The notes under the pieces are model-generated. The model saw only the letters and a list, made by a program, of their open reading frames with translations, was not told the origin of the DNA and did not search any database. DNA of 64,000 nt, taken from the NCBI RefSeq assembly GCF_006345805.1, contig NC_043014.1:24242001-24306000 (forward strand), written 5' to 3'. Source of the stretch: Octopus sinensis (taxonomy: Eukaryota). The position numbers and the translations under genes were made by a program. Position 1 is the first letter of the stretch; each line of letters starts with the position of its first letter. This document shows positions 49,500 through 60,582 of this stretch, in pieces.

Positions 49500-50300
49500 T
49501 TAATCTCATTCTTAAAGTGAGTTTAAGCTGTCCAATGTAACCTTCCCTACATCCATAGCATTTGATGGCATAAATTAAATTTTTTGAAGAACAAATACAA
49601 TGGTTTTCCCCAGTAAATGCATGTCCTGCTCAAAATTTGTAAGTTGTATCTCCAGTAAGGTTCTCACAATTTCCATAATTGGATTGGCCACACTTTTTAT
49701 CTGTGCGAGTTGAGTCTGTAGTTGGTTGTTTCACATTGGTAAATAGTTTTTATTTGGTGGGACTTTGGTTGTCTTTTGCATTTGATTATTTTGTATGATT
49801 CAAGTGCCTTTTTCTTTCTTGGGTCTTGGCTCAATAATGGTATATTCTGATGGATCACTGAATGTTTCTATGTGTGGATGTATCTGAACTGTTTTTGGCT
49901 TTTCTTAATTTGTCAATATCTATTGCTTTGGTGTGTTCTATTCCATTCTCTATTAGAGTAGATAGGTATTTTCTTTCAGTGTATGTTTTAATTCAAGGAG
50001 TCTTTTATTCTGAATATCTGTATTGGAGACAATTGTTCTGATTCTTCTAGCTAGGTTAAATGAAATATTGGATTTAGTATGTTTTGCGTGGCATGAAGAA
50101 AATAGTAGGTACTGTTTAGAGTCTGTTGTTTTGTAGTAGTTGTCAGTTTCTATTTCATGTCATTCTTGATAATCAAAATGTCTAAGAAGGGTAGTATTAT
50201 TATAACTATGTGTGTTGACTGAGAAATGTTTTTTAGAAAGTATTGTTATAACTGTGTATGGTTGTAGTTCAGAAATGTTTTATAGAGAATATTCTTATAA
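49500..50300 (-). mobile_element. Old Penelope-like RT C-terminal fragment
   Basis: LPFLDILIIK and downstream TD..QYL...H-like remnants with many stops. Confidence 0.55.
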
Positions 50301-51149
50301 CTCTTTGTAGTGATAGAGATCTCTGTCAGTTTTGAGGCTGATTTTTCCAGTTGTTCAGTCACCTGACCTATCTACTCATTGAGTTATAAATGTAAGTGGC
50401 TGAGTATTCCTTAGACTCTTGTACTCTTAATGTAATCCTGAAACAGAATCAACATAAGGTAGAATCCATTCTATAGTCTTCCACAATTTTAACTCACAAA
50501 CTTGGGTCAACCCAAGACTATGGTACAAGTCACTTACTTAAGATGCGACAAAATGGGATTGAACCTAAGACCTTATGATTGCAAATGAACTTCTTAACCA
50601 CTTGATGTCTCTATCCACGGATTGCACATTGATCCTACCATTGATGATTCCAGTAGAATATATCAGTTTTTCTATGAAAAGTTGTTGGCCCTTTGCTAAT
50701 CCATCTTTATTTCTGGACAAAAGGATTTGCTGTGAGCAGTTTCCCATAGCACTTCTCCTAGTGCAACATAGTCAACTGAGAGAGAATGAAAAATTGACAC
50801 AAATATTTGATTTATACAAAATTCATCAATTCTGGAACAATAAAAGGCAAAGTTGACCTTGGCAATGTTTGAGCCCAGAGTGCATACTGCAAAGCATTTT
50901 ATACAGCACACTTAAGAGACTTCAATTTTACCACTTTATATATATTAGGCTATAAAGAAACTCCTGTCACATTTCAAGACTGGAAAGAAACAGATATTTC
51001 TTTGGTCTTAATTGATATAGTTAATCAAGATATTTCCTCTCATTCTTGATAACATCTACTGGGCAAATTGTTGATCTCCTGGGCATAAAATTCTTCAGGT
51101 TGCCAAGTAAAGAAACATTCAATACAATTTTTAACTTAGCAATTAATAA

Positions 51150-52060
51150 ATTGTTTTACCTCTGAATGATAGCATAATTGTCTGAGAAGATAATTTTCAG
51201 ATGGAGCAAGATAAGGAAGATGAGGCAAAACTTATTTAGTGTTATAATCTTTTTTTGAGTGACTTGGGCAATATATGGTCTTGCATTATTATGTAAGAGC
51301 AACAGCCCTTTTCAACTGACCGATGATAGGTGCTTTTTCTGGAAATTTTTAAGCAATATTTCTCTTTATTAACTTTTATGTATTTTTATAGATCTTTTGA
51401 TATATCACTTCATGACAGATGACATCTCCCATATCCCTCCTTATAGAAAGTATAACTTTTTCAAATGTAGTCCTGGTTTGGTGATGGATTCTCCTTTTCC
51501 ATAGGGTGCTAAATATTATCCTTTTTTTTTGTATATGATTATAGACAATCCACTTTTCATCAATTTTGATGAAAAGGGAAGGTTCAGTAACAAATTTTTG
51601 ATAAGTAGAAAGCAATTCTTTGATTAAGCTGCGAAGTAGTCAGACGAAGAGGGACCCACTGACGTAGTTTAAACACTTCCTAGTTAATGAAGGTATTTTG
51701 TGATTGACATGCATCTTGAGTTGAACTGTTTTGTTAATTCTTATGCAGTTTGTTTTGGATATTTCCTCAAATATGGTTTTCAGAAATTCAGTATTTACAG
51801 AACTTGGTTTCTAGATCAAGAATTTATAAGAGAAAAATTTCCCAAGCAAAACTAGCCAAACCATTGTTGACATATCTGGACATTTAAAGCTTAATTTCCA
51901 TAGAACGAATGTTTCTTGCCACTTCCATTGCTTAAGAGCCTCTTTTGACTTCATACAGCATGCAGTGTCTGATATTGCTTTCATTTTAAAAGGGTAAAAT
52001 CAATATGAATTGAACCATTATTGTCTAAAGTAATCTGCAAAGAAAGAAAACACATACTAG
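51150..52060 (-). mobile_element. Decayed mariner transposase
   Basis: ORF 51376-51615 IDEKWIVY...KVILSIRRDMGDVICHE, matching the mariner DEKW and K.ML..WWD..GVI motifs; boundaries approximate. Confidence 0.7.
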
Positions 52061-52196
52061 AATGTAAGGGATTAATGCTTATTTTATTACAAATATTGAA
52101 AAAGTACCCTCAAAGTGATCGTGTCAAAAGTGCAATAGGACATTCTTTCCAACCTGATGTATATAGGCCTCAGTCAAATGACTGAAACAAATAAAA

Positions 52197-52241
<45 letters not shown>

Positions 52242-52326
52242 CACACACACATGCATGCACACACACACAAACACACACAAACACAAAATAATCATTAGCT
52301 TTAAAAATAAAACCAGTATATATTTT

Positions 52327-52537
52327 ATCTTTTACTTGTTTCAGTTATTAGACTGTGGCCATGCTGGGGCACTGCCTTCAAGAAATACACGCACTCATAT
52401 ACACACACATGACGGGTTTCTTTCACTTTGCATCTACCAAATCCACTCACAGGGCTTTGGTTGGCCCAAGGCTATAGCAAGAGGACGTTTGCTCAAGGTG
52501 CTATGCAGTGGGACTGAACCTGCAACCATGTGATTGG
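52327..52537 (-). mobile_element. Partial tRNA-derived SINE
   Basis: Same family motifs as the 14045 copy. Confidence 0.72.
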
Positions 52538-53087
52538 GAAATGTTTAATATTATTTACATTCCAAATATTAGTAATTACCTCATAAACTACTATGATTTT
52601 CTTATTGATTCCTAATCATCAGACCAGTTGTGAATATTATGCATGGTATAAGGTGTTAGATGTGGCTAAGATTTTAGACAGTAGGATTATATGTATCATT
52701 GTTCAGTTTCATCCTTTCTGGATTGATTCAATAAGGAACAGAAATATACTAGTCTTGTTTTAACCAAGTACATCTGTCCTCCTTTCTACAAAATGTGTCA
52801 TTTGATAAGAAATTATTGTATCAAGTATTGGCAGAAACAGAAGATCACCAAACTAAATGTTATGCTGTATTTTAGCTGCAGCCCTCTACTTTCTTACCAA
52901 CTTTGGTTTTCTTCTGCTCAAGGTCAATAAATATGTCTTAATCATGTACATACAGTGGTTGTATCAATTGACTATATCCCTTCTCACTTCCTTTGTATAT
53001 TTAAGGCCTTCTGCTATGTAAAAAATTATTAATGATTACTTTGTACTGCTCATGTCATTAAAAATTATGTTTTCTTTCCTCTTATAG

Positions 53088-53124
53088 AGTTTTACAACGA
53101 ACAGCAATTTCCACTAATATCAAG
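53088..53124 (+). CDS. OPLAH: OPLAH exon 9 (37 nt), VLQRTAISTNIK
   Basis: tag acceptor; donor AAG/GTCTCT at 53125; peptide fills exactly the gap between EQMGR and ERLDF. Confidence 0.93.
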
Positions 53125-53956
53125 GTCTCTATAATTTCTTTTTAAATATTTTTGATTGCTTTAGAGTATCAGTATGTACCAACCATTTATATGTATTGAA
53201 AGTTCTTGTCTTCTCTCTGAGAGAATATTAAGGGAATATGATGCAAGAGGTAGAATCAGTTAAATTAAATCAAATTAAGATCTTAGATTTGTAACCTACA
53301 CTACCTCAGTTAACCTAGTTGTCAAAAATGAATATTTAGTCATCTGGCTAATATTGGAGCCTCTATGTAGTTGCTCTACCTGCAAGAAATAGCCATGCCT
53401 TCCTTAAATCACACCATGCCATCTTAAAATATGGACACATTGGATAATTTGACTCTAGGCAAAAATGGAATGGTCACTGCTAGAATACTTTCTGCTCCTT
53501 CAGAGCTGACCTTAGGCTAAACAAGTACAAGTTTAGCTAGCCTTCATAATATCTGAGAGATGTGATGTGCTTCATCTGCTTAATATCATGAAAATGAAGA
53601 GAAGCACTGGCTTTTAACAGCCCACCACATATGGTAAGGCATTTACAATCTGGCCCTAAATACCCTTGTGGTCCTATAAAAGATTGGTTTGAATTCTAAT
53701 TTTAAAGTTGAAATTCAGAAATCAAAGTCCTGTCTTTTCTTGAAAACCTTTCATGACAGCATCTTAGTTCTCCAATATCTATAATGTGATAGGTTTCTTT
53801 GGTGATGCAATGACTATGCAACACATTCAATCCAGCTGAACTCACAATTTATAACCCCAAAATTTGTTTGCAGTGACAGTAAATAATGTTTTCATGCTAT
53901 ATACATATTTAATTGTTATTTTACACTTTATGTGTGCATAAATGTTTCTGCTTCAG

Positions 53957-54067
53957 GAGCGCTTGGATTTCTCCTGTGCTTTGTTTGGTCCTGATGGCGG
54001 GTTGGTTTCTAATGCCCCACACATTCCAGTTCATTTAGGAGCCATGCAGGAAACAGTCCAGTATCAG
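53957..54067 (+). CDS. OPLAH: OPLAH exon 10, [37 protein letters not shown]
   Basis: cag acceptor, GTAAGC donor at 54068; 111 nt. Confidence 0.97.
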
Positions 54068-54607
54068 GTAAGCAACACAATTCTTTACAATACACCTTTG
54101 AACATGTTTAGTGATATTTTACCTGCATGATTCTGTGATCAGAACTGCTTTTCACAAGTTTGGAAATTTGCATTAAAAAATTGTCCTCTCTTTATCATTC
54201 ACTTTCATTTTTACATGCTAATATGCCCACTCACATATGTACTTCTCTGTCTTTCTTTCCCCCTCACTTTTTCTCTCTCCCTCACTCTTTCTCCTCTCTC
54301 TTTCTCTCCCTCTCGCTCTTTCTCTCTAGCATGTTCTCTCTCATGAGCACTCACTTTCATCTGCATGCTCCCCCTCTCTCACTAAGCACTCCCTTAATCT
54401 CACCTTATTTGCATATGTTAACAAAGTAGTTTTCCAAACTACTGATATATGACAATAGTTGTCAACTATTGAGAACATCTGTTCAATATGAAGAGCCATC
54501 CTGGACTGCAAAAAAGTGAGACTCATCTATCAGTAGCAGTAAGTAATAAAATCACTAAATGTGTATACCTACAGCAACTATAACAAGATTTTTAATATCT
54601 TTTATAG

Positions 54608-54709
54608 ATGAAGGCTTTCAAAGATAATCTTCATCCAGGAGATGTGCTCCTTAGCAACCACCCTCAGGCAGGTGGCAGTCATTTGCCAGATCTAACAGTT
54701 ATCACTCCG
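54608..54709 (+). CDS. OPLAH: OPLAH exon 11, [34 protein letters not shown]
   Basis: tag acceptor, GTAAGC donor at 54710; 102 nt. Confidence 0.97.
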
Positions 54710-54736
54710 GTAAGCCATCATCGTTCACACCTGCTT

Positions 54737-54771
<35 letters not shown>

Positions 54772-54782
54772 CTCTCTCTCTC

Positions 54783-55746
54783 TGGATTCTTTAGTGCATA
54801 ATTACACATTCTAGTGTGTGTTATAAGGTGGCTTGAGTAATTATTGATCAATCTAGTTTAAATTGTTTATTTTGTACTTTTAAATTATCTATGTGTCTGG
54901 CTAGTGCTGTCGAATTTTTCATGCTCGGGTTTGTAAATGAATTTTTAAGCCTCCTATATCTAGTTTTAAAGTCTATTGTGATCCCCATATAGATTTTCTT
55001 GAATTCTTTTGAGGTACTTACTTCGCGCCTGTAAACTGTTTTTCTCAAACAGGACCCTTTTAACAGGTAGAATTCTGGGGATCAGCAGTTACAAGTTTTT
55101 TTCATGGAATTCAGATTACTACTCTCTTGATTGCGTTCCATGAATTCCCTTTCCCGAGTATTCTTTTTAAGTTTAAATCTATTATTAACAGCTCTGGTGA
55201 AGCCTAAATTAGGTGACGTTGGATATGACAATTTTAAAGTAGATTTGTTAAAGATGAGGTGATATTTATGATCCAGAGGTAAGTTTTTTTCAATGATCTT
55301 AAAGAATAATTCCGGGAGATTCTTAACTCAAAGGGAAAGAGGTGGGGTGAGCCAAGTTATTTCCCATTTTTTAGTGGGGTTATTCCTGACCTACCTATTT
55401 CTTACTGAATTTATTGTAAAGTTATAACTAAAAGGTTGATAATATCTCCTATGTACATGGGGAATCTGTTGTTCAACAGGCTCATTTACTGATGAGATGT
55501 CAATTTTTAATTTAGTTAAGTCTGGAAAGAGTTTTACCTAGTTTACTTTTAAATATTGTATTTCTTATATAATAAATTTTCTCATGGAAACCACTATTCT
55601 TGAGGACTGTGTTATAATAATGATGCGTGATTATTGAAAATTTTTTCATTAGCTGAAAGATTAGATATTCTTATAGACACCACTTCGAACTACCCCCATA
55701 TAACACACACACACTAGAATGTGCAGATTATGCACTAAAGATTCCA
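54783..55746 (-). mobile_element. Penelope-like linker/GIY-YIG fragment bounded by ~45-bp inverted repeats
   Basis: TVYRREV...IYMGIT..FKTRY...STALARH; TGGATTCTTTAGTGCATAAT...GTGTGTTATA mirrored at 55699-55746. Confidence 0.72.
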
Positions 55747-56657
55747 TTAATATACTTCATACAAGTAGAAAAATATCATTAAATAATATTTCGGATGCTT
55801 TAATATTCTGTAAACATATGTATTTTTCAACTTAAAAATTTTTTTATCATTAACATATAGCCAGCTCATGTTAATAATTGAAATCTAAATTCTGACCTTT
55901 CATCCCCAATATGTTTTAGAATAGTCGTAAAAGCATTGTTTTCTGTAAGATGTGTAGTATATTTAACCCTCATTTTAGAATTTTGTTTCAGTTATCTGAA
56001 CAAATTTTTATCGCATAGGATACCTGGTCCAAGTATAAAGTCATTTAAAATCTCTTAAATAATTCTTTAAACTTTTCAAATAATCCCTGATGAAAGAAAT
56101 GTATATATTTGAGATGGGTACAAATAGTTCTGAAATACCTTTCCCAAAACAGCTGAAGGATGCGTATGAATTTGATCTCTGGACATTTTACTTTTTTGAG
56201 CTACCCATACATCTTTTTAATGTTTTGAATTATGCATTGCATTGATTGTGTACATTTAACCTTCAGCCTTTTTATGTTTTAGAACAGATTTACAACTTCA
56301 GGCAATGTCATTCGAATATATATATTTATAAATTTTTTATATATATTTTTTGTATTTATATATTATATATTTTTATATGATGAATTGCGTCTTTCGAAAA
56401 ATACATTGAGAAAAATAATCTGATTTTTGGTTGTCAATATCTCGAAAGTTACATTAATCTATATTCTCTTATCTCTATTTACTGAGTGCTAACTTATTAT
56501 TCTGTATAGGAAATTAGTTTCCTTCTATTTTCTTCTGATATATATATATATATATATATAATTTCAACAATTGAGGGCAAAATTAATTAATTATTAATCA
56601 ATTTCACCAAGTGTTCAGTATGCAAAGGGACCATTCAAGGCGAATTCAAATTATTAC

Positions 56658-56946
56658 ATTATATAAAAGGGCTTAGTAAAATAAATTACTTTGCCGCATA
56701 CTGAACTCATTAGAAATAGCAGCTAAAAAACTTTTTTAAAGCCATTTCTAATACTTAAAGAAAATCTCTCTCATATATAGTGTTTGCTTAATTCAACTCA
56801 CTTTGTGAGTTGAATTAAGCAAACACTATATATGAGAGAGATTTTCTTTAAGTATTAGAAATGGCTTTAAAAAAGTTTTTTAGCTGCTATTTCTAATGAG
56901 TTCAGTATGCGGCAAAGTAATTTATTTTACTAAGCCCTTTTATATA

Positions 56947-56948
<2 letters not shown>
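56658..56948. repeat. Perfect palindrome: 144-bp arms with a 3-nt TTT loop
   Basis: Base-by-base check: 56658-56801 is the exact reverse complement of 56805-56948. Confidence 0.97.
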
Positions 56949-56988
<40 letters not shown>

Positions 56989-56995
56989 ATATATA

Positions 56996-57330
56996 GTGAG
57001 AATTTACAAAAAAACAAAAGACAAAGACGGGTGTGTAAACAACAAACAAATGTATCAGTTTAATGCTTGGGAGGTGAGAAAGTCTTTTATGTTTCGAGCC
57101 TATGCTCTTTGACAGAAAGAAACACAGAAATCAACAGGGTGAGAAAATAAAATGGGAGAGAAAATATTTATATATAGTTGAAATTTATAGAAAAGCAAAG
57201 ACGAAGACAGGTGTATGAACAACAAGCAAGTGTATTAGTTTGATGCTAAAAAAAAATGAAAATGTTTTTTTACATTTCGAGCCTATGCTTTTCAACAGAA
57301 AAGAATAAGAGGAAATAAACAGATTTAGAA
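56996..57330 (-). ncRNA. Two tandem ~183-bp units, each with a minimal type I hammerhead-like motif
   Basis: - strand: TCTTT-CTGTCAA-A-GAG-catagg-CTC-GAAA-CA-TA-AAAGA (57081-57120) and CTTTT-CTGTTGA-A-AAG-catagg-CTC-GAAA-TG-TA-AAAA (57265-57304). Confidence 0.6.
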
Positions 57331-57565
57331 TGAGAAAATGGGTAGAGTTCAGCAGTCCAACATGGGGAATAATTGGAAAAAAAGAGGTTGAAAGAAAGAG
57401 AAATAATATAAAAAAAAGGTTGAATGAAAGGGAGATAGTAATAGTGCTAGTGAGCCCAACAAGTGGTGTGCATGCATATGTGTATGTGTGTGTGTGTGTG
57501 TGTGTGTGCATGCATATGTGTGTGTGTGTATATATATGTATATAAAGACAAGGTATAAATAATAG

Positions 57566-57820
57566 TTATTACATATTTTTCCTTTATTGGAGTAAATTTG
57601 GCTTACAGCTGTTTCCAGTAGTCATTATAGGTTCACTACTGATAGGCTTATTTAATTGGTCTATTGATCAGTTAAGAAAAGTTGAACAACCTAAAAAATT
57701 CATGTTACTTTTGTCAGAGCCTGATAAAAGTAGCATTAACTTATCAGTAATGAACCTATAAAGACTACTGGAAACAGCTGTAAGCCAAATTTACTCCAAT
57801 AAAGGAAAAATATGTAATAA
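57566..57820. repeat. Inverted repeat, 81-bp arms, 93-bp spacer
   Basis: Arms 57566-57646 and 57740-57820 with two mismatches and one G-T; each carries GAAACAGCTGTA. Confidence 0.93.
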
Positions 57821-57983
57821 TCATTATAGAATGGTGATGAGCTATATCCTCAGACCCTGCCATAAGAATATTTAGAGTTCTTAAGTAAGCTAAACAATAT
57901 TGTTAGCCTGGTGTACCAAAAGAAAGCTTATGAAGTATTTTGCCAGGATTGATAATCCCTCACTAATAACTCATGTGTTCATA

Positions 57984-58034
<51 letters not shown>

Positions 58035-58202
58035 TGTTTCAGTCATTGGATGCTATGTTAAGGCTTGCCTGGAAGAGTTTAGCCAAGCAAATCCATGCAA
58101 ACACTTGTAGTCAGACAATTAAATTGAGACTGTTTATGTTAAAAAGTTTCGAAGCCTGTTACTAAGATAAATGTAAAGATAGAAGCATCAGAAGGATCAA
58201 AT

Positions 58203-58469
58203 TCAATAACCCTGAGTTTGTGACAATTGATAAACTATGAATTTCTTTTGGATGCCAAAAACTCTCACTTTCTTTCCCATGAGCTTTAGATAATTGAGAT
58301 TCTTTAGGGCTCTCTCAGCCATGATTGCTTTAGAATGGGTTGTTGGAATGCTTTGATGCCTGTGACCATATGAATTTATACTTAAGTCAAATTTAATGAC
58401 CCTAGCTATTGTCCTCCTAACACCACTTTTTTTTACCTTTGTTAAGGGGTGGGGCCCAGTTTCAGTCAT
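58203..58469 (-). mobile_element. Tc1/mariner-superfamily transposase fragment
   Basis: VRRTI..VIKFDLSINSY...ERALKNLNYLK...VF..QKKFIV resembles the HTH-to-first-catalytic-Asp region. Confidence 0.5.
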
Positions 58470-59276
58470 GCTAGTGAGTGGATTTGATACAATAAATAAT
58501 TTTTAACCAGTCTAAAAGGTGAAAATATGTCTGCACTTATTGCAGGTGTTGTAAGAAGAGAACCTCTCCTATAGCCTTAACTTTAATCAGAGTATGGTAT
58601 GCTTTACCACCAATGATATAATGAGGACTGTGTCTGGTGCATCTCATTTCATCAATAATGTTTCATTCTATTGATTCCCTAATGTTCGTACAATCTGTAA
58701 CAAAATCTAAAGTTGATATAATTACATGTAAAATATTAGCTCTTAATTCATGATATATTTAAGAGATATATTTTGAAAGCAGTCTCAATTTAGCTGTCCA
58801 ATCCTGTGCATGCATTTTTGGCTTAACAAACAAGAGAAAAAGTACTGAATGTTGAAGAGTTTTATTTGTTCAGAGCTGGTGATCTTTTATGCAATGTCTT
58901 CTGAAAGATCACATCAAGTGAGAAACTGTGTAGTGACAGAATATATCATCAGTTTTGAACAAACATATATTATCATCATTTATTTTATGATTGAAAAGCA
59001 TAGAAGTACTCAATAGCAACCATTTGTTAGAAATATGTAGTGTCAGATATGTTTGGCTTGTAAATAGGATTATATAACTGTACCTAAAAGTTTTGTATTA
59101 TCAGCTTTTTATATAATTGTTCATCAGCTAATTGAGATAGAAACCTATACAGTCTGCTACTTTATAGTCAACCAAAACCTTAGGTCTTGTATCCTGCTAA
59201 CAATGCAGTGTCACATCCATACTCTCTGAGGCCTACACTATACTACATCTTAATTCAATCATTGTATTAACTTCAG

Positions 59277-59451
59277 GTGTTCTACCCTGATGAAAGCCAA
59301 CCTGTCTTCTATGTTGCTAGCCGAGGACACCACGCTGACATAGGAGGCATCACTCCTGGTTCAATGCCACCACATTCCACTTCCATAGATCAAGAAGGAG
59401 CTGTTTTCAAATCTTTCAAACTTGTTTCTGGAGGAAAATTTCAAGAGAAAG
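59277..59451 (+). CDS. OPLAH: OPLAH exon 12, [35 protein letters not shown]...FQEK
   Basis: cag acceptor, GTATGT donor at 59452; 175 nt. Confidence 0.97.
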
Positions 59452-59530
59452 GTATGTACCATAGTTGTTTAACCACAGGTCATCATTGACTAAGCATACC
59501 ATTCACTGACTGAATCTTTCCTCTGACATT

Positions 59531-59821
59531 GTCCCTCACTCTCTCTACAGTTCAGATCTTGTTCCCTGTGAGTTTTGGTTGTTTCCCAAGCTGAAGGAGA
59601 TCCTCAGAAGCAGTTGTTTTACAGACATTGAAAAGATGAAGAAGGCTGTGACAAGGGTTGTGGACACCTTCACTTTGGAGGACGCTAATGATGTGGCTGG
59701 AGCACTGCAAGTGCACTGAAGTCAGAGGATCCTGCTTTGAAGAGGATTAGAGTTTAGTATTTCTCTGAAATTAATAAATGTCTCTCCTGAATACATTTAA
59801 AAACTTCTAAAATGCACCTTG
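59531..59821 (+). mobile_element. Mariner 3' end (transposase C-terminus and TIR)
   Basis: PHSLYSSDLVPCEFWLFPKLKE (YSPDLAP.DF motif) ... GSCFEED*; ends GCACCTTG|TA. Confidence 0.8.
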
Positions 59822-60254
59822 TATTACTCGACATTTTTTAGGTCAGATTCCAGTTCGATGTCCTTGCAATAGATTGTGTTCACTAAAGAATTGATTTGAG
59901 CTTCCTCTTTACCATACAGCTTGACATCATTCGTAACTAATAGCTGGTTGATCTATTAACATTTTCCTTTAAACTGATATCCAGATGTTCACTACACCTC
60001 TAAGACACAAGCAACTAAACAACCCAGAAGAATTCTTTGCCACTTTAACTGTGGCCAAAGAGGCAAAAATTAAGTACATCAACATTGAAGATGATGATAT
60101 CACACTCGCCATAGATGAGATTGACACAAACTCAGCTGCTGAGTAGCAATGTTAAAGGAATCACACATAAAACAAACAGTAAAGAAAACCTGCTGTCTCT
60201 TGGAAAAATTCCTCTCGATTCTTTGTTTCTAGGTTCTGTTCTTAAGATATGAGC

Positions 60255-60582
60255 TTAGTCTTCTAATTTAAAATGCCTTTTCTCAAAAAACTCTTGACAT
60301 TCTTTGCAATCCAAAGCATATTCAAATATGCAATGATCCATTGATGTGGTATCATGTCATAGGCCTTGTGTAATCTGTCTAGGTTATTGCTAAATTTCTT
60401 TCATCGCCATTTTGTCTCTTGGCTGCTAGTCTTTATATTCCCTGCAGTTCTGTTTACAGCCCTTCTGCTCAACCACTAGAATTCTGTTATCCTTGAGATA
60501 TGTATACATTTCATCACTGATTATTCCAGTGAGCAGCTTCGTTGTCAATGGGAGGCATGCTATGGGTCTGTAATTAGCTATG
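60255..60582 (-). mobile_element. R4/Dong-like non-LTR RT fragment
   Basis: NYRPIACLPLTTKLLTGIISDEMY..L....L..EQKGC...KD followed by remnants of the DY.KAYDM.PH motif. Confidence 0.65.

Larger units (their letters stand above)
1062..59451 (+). other. OPLAH: Span of 12 internal exons of 5-oxoprolinase (ATP-hydrolysing); gene continues beyond both window edges
   Basis: Twelve AG/GT-bounded exons with compatible phases splice into an uninterrupted ~421-codon frame matching recalled OPLAH motifs ([93 protein letters not shown]). Introns are 0.5-15.9 kb. Confidence 0.96.
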
